A stretch of 64,000 nt of DNA from Sphaerodactylus townsendi. Taxonomy: Eukaryota. A program made the position numbers and the translations under genes. The stretch lies in NCBI RefSeq assembly GCF_021028975.2, contig NC_059428.1, forward strand, positions 35,588,001 to 35,652,000, read 5' to 3'. This document shows, piece after piece, positions 24,726-36,426 of this stretch (within the stretch, counting starts at the first letter, position 1; the number at the start of each line of letters is the position of its first letter). Under the pieces are notes generated by a model. The model worked only from the letters and a program-made list of their open reading frames with translations, made no database searches and was not told where the DNA came from.

Positions 24726-25399
24726 TAAATCTCCCAGGGACTGGGGTCCAACATTTTATCTGCCACATAGCCCTAGAGATGAGCCTCAGCATTTTTGCAT
24801 GAGAGGTAGCTTCACACATGCATATTATGTCTGAGCTTCTTGCTAATAAGCTCGGAAACACACCTGACACAAGGCAACACCTTCTTTCTAGGCAGGCAGA
24901 TTGCTTGCTTTGTTCAGAGTCTGTTACACAGGACCCACTGGAGGGAATGTACGGATGGGACCCCATGTTCAAACTCTGGCTGGCATCTTGAACACTTGAA
25001 GCTGTCCGAACCAGCCCATTGCTCCACCAGGGTCAGTACCGTCTATTCTGACTGACAGCAGCTCTGCAGGGGCCCATGTGCAGGTCTTCCCCATCTCCTG
25101 ACCCCTTAAGCAGCAGATGCTATTGACACTGGGTTCTTCTGCATGCAAAGCTGGAGTTCCCCCCGTCTGCCTGCCCCACCCCAAACGTGCACAGACCAAA
25201 GATAATCTTCCTTAGGCAGCAACTTGCTCCCTTGTCTCAAGGACCTTTAAAAGGGGCTTCAGGTGAGGTCAACAAGAAAAGCCCCTGTCTCGGAGTGAGA
25301 GTCGGTCCTATTTGACTTGAGGTGTGCTCAGCGACACAGCTGGCTGCCAACCCAATCCAGCCCTGTCCTAACTTTGCTTATCCTGGAGAACCGAGGTGA

Positions 25400-26320
25400 G
25401 GAACTGGCAGTTCGGGGGAAGTTGTGCCGTCCCAGCAGCTAGTCGGGCCGGTGCGTTCGACCTGCGGGAGCCGCGGCGGGAGTGGGGGGGGGGGGTGGCC
25501 CCGTTTCCCACGCACACGCCCCTCTCTCTGGCGGGGCAGCGGCGAGCGGGCGGCGTGCGCGCCGTGGCCCGAGGCGGGCAGCTGGTCCGCTGTCGCAGCG
25601 CCGCGGGGCCGCCAGGCTGCGCTCTCGGGCCGGAGCGGCGCCTGGCTGCGTCCGCGGGCTGCCGGGGCTCCGGAGCGCCAGAGCCTCCCGGGGAGCGGGC
25701 GGTGCGAGCGGGCGGTCCCGGGACAGCGGCGGCGGCGGCGGCGGCAGCAGCTGCTGCAGCGGGAGGAGCCGGAGCGGCTCGCTGCTGCAGCGGGAGCCGC
25801 CCCGGCTCGGAGCGCCGCTTGGCCGGGCTGCGGAGCGCGCACCTGGCGCCCGTCGAGGGGGCTCCGGCGTGACTTCGGCGGCCGCGGGGCCCACGCAGCT
25901 CCTCTCCGCGCCCGGCATGCCTGGCTGCAAGGGCTCCTCGGGCTGGGGGCTTTGGGTGGCCCCTCTGGCGGCGCTGCTGTCCCTGCGAGGTAAGGAGAGC
26001 CCGGCGGCGGTGGGCGGTGGGCGGGCGGCGAAGATGCTGCAGGCTGGCTCCGGGTGAGACGCCCCCCTGCCCTCCCTCCCTCCCTCCGTCCTTCCCCGCG
26101 CTGGATTCGAACTCGCAACTTTGGCGCCGGGGCGCGGCCGGGATGGGCAGAACAGGAGGCGCAGCCCCAGCCCGGTGCTCGGCGGATCCGACTTCTGCTG
26201 ACCCGAGCAAGTTCTTGCAAAGTCCCGGAGAGAGTGATCCGTCTGGCCCCCTCTGCCGTAGAGAGGCCGCCCCGAGCGCCCCGGTTACTTTGCAGAATAA
26301 GCCGCCCGCTCTCCTTTGGC
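25400..26320 (+). promoter_or_regulatory. CpG island promoter and 5'UTR
   Basis: Very high GC and dense CpG over ~900 bp in an otherwise CpG-depleted window; G-run ~25484-25495; (GGC)n at ~25726-25745; contains a first coding exon. Confidence 0.93.
25917..25989 (+). CDS. IGSF11: First coding exon (signal peptide) of a cell-surface protein, most likely IGSF11
   Basis: ggcATGc start; MPGCKGSSGWGLWVAPLAALLSLR+G(phase 1) followed by strong donor AG|GTAAGG. The ending PLAALLSLRG resembles the human IGSF11 exon-1 ending PLLLLSLHG (recalled, also phase 1, long intron 1). The exon is well supported; the gene name is tentative. Confidence 0.55.
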
Positions 26321-28452
26321 ACTCTCTGCAGAGGAGAAAAATGGTGCAAGGAAGGGCGCAAATGGAGAGCGTTGTTCGGTTGTCCGTGTGTGTATGTGTG
26401 TGTGGGATGGGGTGGGGTGGGGGTCTTGTCAGATTCTGCGACCTTTAAGGAACAGTAGCTGGAGAGGTGATTATATTACAGAGAACTGGACCTGTCTTAT
26501 TCTCTCCTGGAGTATCTATAATGCAGAGGGAGAAAGGTTGGGGGTATTCTTTGGAGAAAGCGTAAAAAGTGTGCATCCGCGCCCCTCCACTCCCATCCCA
26601 GGTTTGTTTTTAGAAGCACTGTGGGTGAGCTTTCTTTGAATCAAAGGGGGGGGGGTCCTTGGGGTGTGCATGGGTGGGTTTTTTTTAAAGGGCAACTGAA
26701 CTTGATTTTTAAAATATTATTTTGATTGACCTAGCTTTGGAAAACAGATTAACATTTCATTTTTCCAGGCGCATGCAGTTGTGTCCTCTTAAAAAGAAAC
26801 AAAGGTGCATTTTCCTGAACAATTTAATAATGATTAGGCCCAGAAAGCATCTTACTTTCCAGTTGTTTCCTGTTCGATGCTTCATTTCACTTGGCTTGGA
26901 CCAACTGAAATTAGTTAAGTTCTCTTAACTTTCAGGTATTGGCTTGCACGTGGCTTCCTCTGACAGGCATGCTACAAAGTTGACTGTAGGAGAACTTTCT
27001 GCCCCAGAGGGACAGGAACACTAAAATACCTCTTATAGGATCTGTCTCCCTTTAAGGTATATAACTTAGGACAGCTCTGAGTTGATACTTTATTGAGGGA
27101 AGGTTTGCGGGTGGAGTTTTTTCTTGCTTTTATGATTTGTTTTCATTTTACAAATTTCTTTTGGCATAATACGCACATGAGAAAAATATACAGCCTTCTA
27201 ACTTCTTTTGCGTAATCCTGGTTGATCTCCAAATAATTACAGGTTCTAAAGTTAGCTTCCTTCTGGTGTGGTCTGTTGAGGCGGGCAACAATCTCTGTGC
27301 TCTAGGGAGAGAGAAAAGGCCCAGCGTATTTGGTGTTTTATAACTAACGGAAGTGATGGAAGTTATAGGCATCAGAAATGTGTGTCATTAATATCGCACT
27401 AAGCTGTTACATCAGGGTTGCATATAATATACTGTGGAATTATTTGTAAGGGGCAGAAAGATTTGGTTAGGCAAGAAATCCATCTTTTATATATTCTTTT
27501 AACATTTTTAGTACATTATATTTCTACCCCAACCTTCCCAGCCAATGATAAACAAACTAATTTAAAATCTTACGTACACAAACTCATGATGGCTATTTTC
27601 ATAGGGGTCTTAGACCATAAACCTAATTGTCTGCACCACGCCACCTCCCAATTTAATCCTTTTTTTTGGGGGGGGGAAGATGGATCTGTAAAACTGGCAT
27701 GAATGAAGTGTGCTGGGACTCTAAACGCACTTGGGAATAAGTCTCATTTTAATCAATAGGTCTTAATTTCAATGTTCAATGTTGTACAGGACCAGGATGT
27801 AGTAACTTACCTGGGTCCAGTTTACTAGAAATTGAGAAAAAGCTGGAATCTATACAGTTATTGTCAGTGCTAGTATCCCCCCCCCCTTGTTAATACTGAT
27901 GAGATCAAGACAAGAGGAGGGGTTTGGGGGTGAGGGGGGGGGAGTTTAGCACTTTACAGAAACAGGGAGATTTGCTGTTGTGTTACTTCAGTTATACGAA
28001 AACATTTTAACATCCTTCTTCACTACATCTGTGAAATATCAAGACCCAGAGGAAGAAAGTTTGACATCTTTATTACACAGTCACAAAGTGAACATTCTTC
28101 TAACACCATTGAAGTCAATTGATTTAGGACTGCAATCTTAGTAAAGGACCAAATTCTTGTGCACTTTGCAAGTCACTGTGGGATTTTGAGTAACCTGAAA
28201 TGGTGCATGCATATTTCTCTCCTGTGCTCTTCTTTCTGTGTCCTGCAATTGTTCCCCAGCAAGCGGTGTGCTGGCAGGGAACTTTGTGCCTCTGAAGCCT
28301 GGAGGCGAAGAACTGTCAGGTACAGAACTCCATCAGCTGAAGTGCAATTTGTTTGGTACCTTTTGCCAGTTTGGTTCCGCAGCATGCCTGGTGTTAGCAA
28401 TTTCGCCTTTTCTCATGAGGTTTTTATAATCTTGACATATACTCTATGAATT

Positions 28453-28805
28453 GAAGAAGAAGAAGAAGAAGAAGAAGAAGAAGAAGAAGAAGAAGAAGAA
28501 GAAGAAGAAGAGTTGGATTTATATCCCTCCTTTCTCTCCTGCAAGGAGACCCTCTCCTGCAAGGCTGACAATCTCCTTACCATTCCCCCCTCACAACAAA
28601 CACCCTGTGAGGTAGGTGGGGCTGAGAGAGCTCAGAAGAAATGTGACTAGCCCAAGGTCACCCAGCTGGCGTGTGTTGGAGTGCACAAGCTAATCTGAAT
28701 TCCCCGGATAAGCCTCCACAGCTCAAGCGGCAGAGCGGGGAATCAAACCTGGTTCCTCCAGATTAGAGCGTACCTTCTCTTAACCACTATGCCACTGCTG
28801 CTCCC
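28453..28805 (-). mobile_element. Squam3-like SINE with (GAA)19 tail
   Basis: Reverse complement of the 11129 copy; GAA x19 at 28453-28509. Confidence 0.85.
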
Positions 28806-28807
28806 AC

Positions 28808-29055
28808 TGAAGAAGAAGAGTTGGCTTTTATCCCCTGCTTTTCTGTATTGTAAGGGGTCTCAAAGCAGCTTACAATTGCCTTCCCTCCCCTGACATCCAT
28901 AGGGACCTTGTGAGGTAGGTGGGACTCAGAGAGTTCTGAGAGAACTGTGTCTAGCCATAAGTCACCCAGCAGGCATCAAGTGGAGGAGTGGGGAAGCAAA
29001 CCTGGTTCTTCAGATTAGAGTCTGCCACACTTAACTACTATATCACGCTGACTCT
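28808..29055 (-). mobile_element. Second adjacent Squam3-like SINE
   Basis: gaagaagaagagttgg tail, same body, head at ~29030-29055. Confidence 0.8.
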
Positions 29056-29092
29056 GACCTCTGTCACTTTTCCTAGTCTTAACATAAAGTAT

Positions 29093-29300
29093 CCCTGACC
29101 TGGCTGGCCCAGGCTGGCCAGATCTCAGAAGCTAAGCAAGGTCAGCTGTGGTTGGTATTTAGATGGGGCATGTCCAAGGAAGTCCAGAATCACTACACAG
29201 AGCCAGGCAATGGCAAACCATTTCTGTTTGTCTCTTGACTTATAAACCTGATGAGGCCACCATGAATTGACAGTGACTGTATGGCAGTGTATGCACACAG
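29093..29300 (+). mobile_element. 5S-derived SINE
   Basis: gatctcagaagctaagcaaggtcagctgtggttggtatttagatggg (5S-like) plus ggcaatggcaaacca tail; further partial copy at ~34222-34380. Confidence 0.78.
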
Positions 29301-32300
29301 TCTGAAGGTAATGATCTATCCCTTCCTTCTGCACATGCTCACTGCACATGCTCTGTTTATCTGAAAGAAAGAAAGAAAAATTAGGCAAGATAGTTCAGGT
29401 CTTTCAAGGCATATTCTGAAATAAAATGAAATGGAAGTTCAGTGGCTAACAGTATTTATTCCAGTGTGGGCTTTTGTGAGATAGATCTCACCTGAGCTGT
29501 ACCTCACTGAAGCTCGTGCAAACCAACGATGTATCCGATCTTTTAATGATAGCCTAGGAGGCCACAAATTGTAAGGCCTAAGGAAAAAATTGGATAGTTG
29601 ATTGGTGTTATCAGAGTTCCTGCCTCATCTTTCCAACAATTTCAGCCGTCTGCGGTCGTAGAATTTTGCTTTCTCTGATGCAGACCCAGTGACAGCTTGG
29701 TTTTTTAAAATAAAAAATATGGCTCATGCAGTGGTGGAAAATGCAATATACCTTGAGAGAACATCAGACATAGGTCTCCGTGGAATAAAAATACATTTAT
29801 ACTGTGAGGAAAGGGGAGGGCTTTTGTGGGCAGTGACTTCCCTCATAGGAAGAGAACCCTCTTGGTGATTCTAGGAAGGAGAGTAGCCATGTTGTCTTTT
29901 GAACCTGACAAGAAAAGGGTTGTGAGGATCAAAGCCAGTTTTCATACTGAATAAGGAAGGCTCACTCAGTGTCTCGGAATTAAGAAGTAGTTTAGTCGGT
30001 ACTCAGATGAGACTCGCGGACACATGACACTGCTTTCTGCTGTTTCAGACCATCTGTCTGTCAAGGACAGTGTTGTCTACTTTGACTGGCAGAGGTTTCC
30101 CAGGGTCCCAGGTAGAAAGTTCTTTCATATTACCTACTGCTAAATCCTTTTAATTGGACGTGCCAGGGATTCAGCCCAGAGGCACGCGGAGCCTCAGAGC
30201 CACGGCCCCTCCCCAAACCTACCCTGCCAAGGATTTGGGGATTGTATTTCCCAGTGGGGCCTATTTGTGCCACCTATTTTTAACAGGAAGCAACATTTTC
30301 TCTTCATTTGTATCAAACACTTCTCAACAGTTATTCATCACAGTGCAGCAAAACAGATTTATGCTTCCTTTTGTCTGTGTAAGCCACTCTCTCAATGCCT
30401 GGATCAGTAGCAAAAATAATTACATGTTCTCAGTTTTTTTTTTGTCCAAGATTTTCTAATTATAAACCACCGCATTCAGAATGACAGCAGGATCTGTACG
30501 CCAGATCTAGGCTTCTGATGCATCTGTAGTGCCTACGTTTGCTCTCCATTTACGCAATGACAATTTGGACAAATGGACCTGATTGCTGTCGGGACAGGGC
30601 ATGATCCTTTAACAGACATTCTCACTGTGTTAATGTATGAAGTTTTCTGTCCTCTTGACTCCCAAGGGGAAGGGGAGCAGACGTACATAAGCAACCTGCC
30701 ACTCAAAGACAATCTCACAATGATCTCCTTTTTAGAGCTAAATGAAGATGAGTAAAATGTACACTTCACATGCCTCATCCCACATAGTGGCCACAGTATA
30801 CTGTAAGTCATTTTCTGGTACCAGCTGTTCATGAAAAGTCATTTGAGGATTTGTCTACATTCAATTTAATATTGAGTTGAAATTGAGCCAACTCTCAGGC
30901 AGCGATCAACATCCGCATACATTTGAGAATCGGGGTAGATACTATTGGTTGGCTACATCTGGACACCCATACTTCATCCTTTTGAAGAAGCAGGACAAAT
31001 ATTTTCCACCTTTAAGACAACATACCTGGCAGAAATGAAAGCCTTAGTTAACTTTTATTGTTGACCTTCTGACTGGCAGTATGTTGGCTGAGTGGATCTG
31101 TTGCCCCCCTCCCCCCCGGTTCCCCAGCAACGAAGATGATTTGCCTTGTGTCCAAACTCCTTTAATGACTTTGGAGTTCAGATAGTCAAAGTGCTGTGAT
31201 TTGGAATGCTGCTCACAAGGTCTGTTGGAGGAGAGCTCAAATAGTTTGCATCCATATTACACAACAGGAAATAGAGGCGCCTAGCAGTTCAAGTCTGCAT
31301 TGGAACGAATAGATGGCATATTCTTGGCTTCATGGGCCAAGTCTTAACCACTAGAGAACATTTTACATCTGATGGCAAAATAAGTAGTATTCCCCATGGT
31401 ACCCCTTTGGGGATATTTAGCTACTGGTTTCTGGTGACTCATCAATTTGGCAGGATGCTGTTATTATACTTTTTAAAAACACAGTATGCAATAGTGCTTG
31501 TAAACAGTTTCTTTCAAGGAGAATTGCACACACAACATATTCGGAGTTCTTGAGAGCAATAAGCTAGCTTTCCTTTTTTTTTTTTAAAAAAAAAAAGCTT
31601 GTTCACGGCTTAAATAGCAGTAAAGTTTTTCTGTTGGCATTGTTCCGTTGGCACATTTTTATATATAGTAAAGCATTTAAATGTTTGCTTAAAATGCTGC
31701 TCATTTGGGATGCTGTGAGTTTCGCAGCAAACCTGTTTTGCACACAAATTGATGTTGTTTGACACTCACAATTAGACTGTTTGCAGATCAGGGATATGTT
31801 CAGATTGCATTGAGAAACTTGAACACTCACTGAACTAGTTGGCAACTGCCTGTTGGACTGAAGTGGATTCTCAGCTGATCAGGGGACAACTGAAAATTGG
31901 ATTCTTACCCAGTCCCTTCAGCAAATATAACTACACAGTGCAGTTGGAAAAAAGGAGGTGAGATAGTGCTTGTTTCTCTTCCATATCCTTCCGGCTGGGC
32001 AAGAACAGAAATAATGCTTTTAATGTTTGCGCTGAAAGAGGAGAAAGATCTCATTTATCTCCTTGCATCAGCAGCCCAAGATGACAGCTTGGGGTAGAGA
32101 GAAGAGAAGTGAGATCACCTGGGCTTCTGACCAGCTTCCCAGCTTAAATCTGCTTCATCTCAACAAATCCGAGAGGCAACAAATTTCCAGTATGGGAAAT
32201 CTGAAGAGCCTGATTTCCAGAGATCAGCTGGGAGCCAGCTCCTGATTTCCTCTCCCAAAACCTTTGCTGAATACAGAGAAAAATTTCCCCAGCAGGAGTT

Positions 32301-33215
32301 CAGAAACCAATTCTCAGTGGGTCCCTCATGAGCTGAAAGTTGGCTTTGGATCATGGCCATAAGTAGTCTGTTCTTGCGCATACCCACCATGGACAGGTGT
32401 TGAAACAGCCAGTTGATTAATTGGCTGCTTGATCACCACCGGTGAATGGTAACTGAGCAGAATTGACAGGTGTTTGAGCGTTCCTACTGTGCCATTGTTT
32501 CATAGACAGGTTGACACTGTTGCTGTGCAAAATGGGTCCAGGTGGATGAAGGGTTAGAGTGGGCATCCCCATTTAAAAACAGCTTATATTGCAGCTGTTC
32601 ACAATCAAGACTTCTCATGTATTTTCTCCACTTGTTCAGTTCTGGGCTAGAGCTGTTTGTTTTTCATGTTCTTCTGCTGCCAAACACCATAATGTTTTAG
32701 AGTGAAATGTGGGCTAATAAATTGAAGGTTAATCCTAACAAGGGAGAAATACTACTGAACAGTGACATCTGACCTGGGTTTTAAGGTATCATGCATCGAT
32801 GGTGTTGCATTTCTCTGTAAGAAACAGGTCTGTAGTCTGGGGAAAATGCTCCTTCCCTGGTCTACTGCTGGATAAGCAGGTGGTAGCAGTGGCCAGGAGT
32901 GTCTTTTATCAGCTTTAACTAGTTAACCAGCTATGACCTTTCCGAGGGAAGAAGAGATCTGGCCACTGTGCTGCATGTAGGTCCAGATCTCGGGGGCTCA
33001 GGTACCCTGGGGAGCAGGCAGATAGTGGACAATGGCAGGAAGTGGGAGGGACTCAGTTGCCCAGAAGAGATGGCTGGTTCTTCAGCAGCGCACCCCATTC
33101 CCCTGATTAGGCCATTGCTAGGAGGTGAGAGGAAGAAAGAAGGAGACCCCAGGCCTCAGAGGGGATTTGCAGCCCTTGGTAAGGCAGAAGTTGTGGCTGT
33201 TAGTTGGGTGAGACT

Positions 33216-33306
33216 ATGGCAGATCACAGAGGAGGGGGAGCTAAAGTTTCCTGAGGAAATGTTCACAGATGTCAAGTTCTATGCAGTAGGAGACATAGAC
33301 ACCCAG
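33216..33306 (+). pseudogene. PAXIP1: Orphan, frameshifted copy of PAXIP1 (PTIP) exon 1
   Basis: Encodes PEEMFTDVKFYAVGDIDTQ then CAG|GTAACC; human PAXIP1 N-terminus (recalled) is [21 protein letters not shown] ending at the same splice point. ATG 33216 to donor is 91 nt (1 nt too many); the ATG frame stops at TGA 33252; CpGs lost; no exon 2 recognised. Confidence 0.82.
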
Positions 33307-33692
33307 GTAACCTTCTTGGCTTTGCTATCTCCTTCCTCCCCACTCCCCAGCTGAGGCACCCTCTGTTCTTCTACCTGCAGGACCTTCCAAATCCTTGTCT
33401 TCCCTCCTGCTCACAGATTCAAGGTCCAGGGACATAATTTTGTATTTTTGCCCTCCTTCAAAAACCAGATGCCTGCTCTGTTGGATCTAGATCAGATCAT
33501 TGCAATATTCTCTATAAAGGGCTGTTTTTGAGATGTGTTTTTGTTATGTCTGTTTTTAATCTGTTAGCTGGCTTTGGCAGAAGGGAAGAGTATCATTTTT
33601 ATAAATAAATAAAATAAATGATATAATCTGCTACTGTACGGTATTTAGTTTGATTTTAATGGTGATTTGCAACCATTTTAATTTTTAAATAT

Positions 33693-33767
33693 TATTTTTG
33701 CCTTCTAAGGGTCTTAACTTCATTCATGTATTTTTGCCTTCTAAGGGTCTTAACTTCATTCATGTAT
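33693..33767. repeat. Perfect 36-bp tandem duplication
   Basis: tatttttgccttctaagggtcttaacttcattcatg x2. Confidence 0.95.
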
Positions 33768-33980
33768 GTATTTTACTTTATTCTTGTTTTGAAGGTTGTG
33801 ACTCAGAGCGTGAAGACATCTGTGTGATTAGTAGAATTTAGCTCCTTGGACCTAAATACCTTTTCTTTTCAGTGCAGTAAAACAGAAGTTCAGTGGCACC
33901 TGGAAGGTTAACAAAATGTATTTCCTTATCAGCTTTCATGAGTCAAAAATAACTTCATCAGATACATTTTGTAGTAAATA

Positions 33981-34122
33981 CAGAGGCGTAGCAAGGGGGG
34001 AAAGCACCTGGTACACTGGTGCGTCCTCCACCCCCGCCCCAGAATGCCTCCACCACGCCCCCACCATGCCCCCGTCACACCCCCACATGGTCGCCCCCTG
34101 CTCCCTTGGAGCTAAGCCTCTA
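33981..34122. mobile_element. hAT MITE
   Basis: TIR cagaggcgtagc / gctaagcctcta; 8-bp TSD AGTAAATA. Confidence 0.85.
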
Positions 34123-34837
34123 AGTAAATAGAAAGCAGGACATATTCACATAATGTATAGGTACTGGGAATCTGTATAAACACACTTTTAAACACTCATA
34201 GTTATACTTTGAGCTAGTATGATGAGCAGGGTCAGCCCTGGTTTGGACTTGGTTGGGAGTCTGCCAAAAAAGCCTAGAGTTGCTATTCAAAGGATGGCAG
34301 TGGCAAACCACCTCTGAACATCTCATGCCTTGAAAATCCTATGAGGCCATCAGAAGTTGGTTGTGACTTGATGGCAAAAGAAAAAAGAAAAATGGAGAGG
34401 TCTCCAGACTTCTTGAGCCTTCTTGAGGACTACTTTTTGGAATGTTGAGAGTTTATTTATATTTTATTTATTTATTTATTTGTTAGATTTTTATAGACCT
34501 CCCAACCCCAGAGGGCTCTGGGTGGTGCACAATAACAGACAGTGCACAATAAAATACAAGTTATGAACACTGAACATTAAAATCCCTTAAAAACACAATA
34601 GCAGCAGTATCATAAAATTGCAGACTTCCCCCATGACTACCAATCACAAAATGCTGAGAAGTTCTAAGTCAAGCATTCTTCTACAATGGAGGCAGTTACT
34701 TATAAATGAGTGATCTCTATAAAAAGGAAAGTGAGGCCACCTAAGCTCTTCTCCGAGGAGCACAGAAAAAACAGGATCAGCTCTGTTTTTAAGAAGAGAT
34801 GCTGCAGGCTTTTGTTTTCCAAAGGAAAAGAAAGGAA

Positions 34838-34978
34838 GGCTCATTCCGCACATGCAGAATAATGCACTTTCAAACTGCTTTCAGTGCTCTTTGAAGCTGT
34901 GCGGAATAGCAAAATCCACTTGCAAACAGTTGTGAAAGTGGTTTGAAAACGCATTATTTTGAGTGTGTGGAACGGGCC
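34838..34978. mobile_element. PIF/Harbinger MITE (same family as 24586, opposite orientation)
   Basis: TIR ggctcattccgcaca / tgtgtggaacgggcc; 3-bp TSD GAA. Confidence 0.87.
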
Positions 34979-35921
34979 GAAGAGTTTGCCATGGCCAGAA
35001 ACACAAGATATCTCTGGTATCTGTGACTATGCCTGCCGAGAATAAACATGGAACTTTGCTATTCAGTCAGCTAACAAGGAGTGATTTGAAATTTCCTGTT
35101 CTCTATCTCTTGACTCAAGAATCGAGTAGAAATGAAGAAACCCATTGGTGGGCAGACATGTTCTGGTGTGGACTGTGCTGGGGATTGTTTCTGATTCCCA
35201 ACATGACATGTCCTTAGCCTTTTAGCCTAAATATCCCTGTGCAGAACTGAGGCAAGGACAATCAGTGCATACTATAAGCTGTGTTTTGTGTTGCGGCTCT
35301 TACTCATGTGCATGCATGATCGTATGAAATCTTTGAAAACACACGTGTGCATGTCATTTTGCAATTGCAGCCCAGAATATTTCTACCTACACAGAAAGAA
35401 TAAAAGAAGTCCATTCCAATAATCTGATTTCTTCATGTATTGGAGGAGTTCAGTAGGTGATGTCAGAGACAAATGTTAGTCTATACTTAGAATAATAGCT
35501 TGCCCTCTAGAGGCTACATAACAGAGATGGAAGGACTAGAAGATCATTCTTCGTTTGAAATTCCAGCCTGCTGTGCATGGGTTGCAGCTTTGATAAACTT
35601 TTAAATGTTTTTGTATGAGATGCGTTCGTAAGAGATTTAAAGCTGTTTTGGGAGGCCATAACTCTGCATTAATATGATAAATGCTATGCTAGAGATTTAA
35701 CCTGATTACATTTTTGGGATTGGGGGTAGGGTTGTCAGCTCCAGGTTGGGAAACACCTGGAGATTTTGGGGGTGGAGCCTGAGGAGGGCAGGGTTTGGAG
35801 AAGGCAGGGACTTCAATGCCATCACGTACCTCCCAAAGCAGCTATTTTCTCCAGATGAACTGAGATCAGTTGTAATAGCAGGAGCTCTCCAACTACCCCC
35901 TGGAGGCTGGCAGACCAAAAT

Positions 35922-36213
35922 GAAGAAGAAGAGTTTGGATTTATATCCTCCCTTTCTCTCCTGTAGGAGACTCAAATGGGCTTACAATCTCCTTGCCCTT
36001 CTCCCCTCACAACAAACACCCTGTGAGGTGGGTGGGGCTGAGAGAGCTCAGAAGAACTGTGACTAGCCCAAGGTCACCCAGCTGGCATGTGTTGGAGTGC
36101 ACAGGCTAATCTGAATTCCCCAGATAAGCCTCCAAGTGGCAAAGCAGGGAATCAAACCCGGTTCCTCCAGATTAGAATGCACCTGCTTTTAACCACTACG
36201 CCACTGCTGCTCC
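35922..36213 (-). mobile_element. Squam3-like SINE nested in a Tip100-like MITE region
   Basis: Near-identical reverse complement of 11129-11438. Confidence 0.85.
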
Positions 36214-36426
36214 TGTGATATAACCTTGAGGGTGATATAACCTCTTTGTGATGTTTGTGCATAGTTTGGTCCTAGTTCCCATTTCCTGTTACAGCACCAG
36301 CAAAGATGTAACAGCATTATGCCACTTCTAGGTGTTCCCCATTCTTGACTCCTTCTGGTTACTAATCAGTGGTTGGCAACCCTATATGTTATTAACACAC
36401 GAACTGATAAGTCCTGTAATTGGTAC

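Noticed and set aside
25368-26458. Many long overlapping ORFs (up to 327 aa) on both strands
   Set aside because: Stop-codon scarcity in a CpG island; low-complexity Ala/Arg/Pro/Gly translations. Only the 73-nt exon has start, signal-peptide and donor support
22685-29300. 5S rRNA or tRNA genes
   Set aside because: The similarities are degenerate SINE heads fused to retroposon tails, not full-length structured genes
32968-33354. 128-aa ORF as an intact PAXIP1 gene
   Set aside because: Only ~20 codons are PAXIP1-like, the ATG is out of frame, the CpG island has decayed, and I could not find exon 2 (VIQLLKAGKAKEVSYNAL...) in the window
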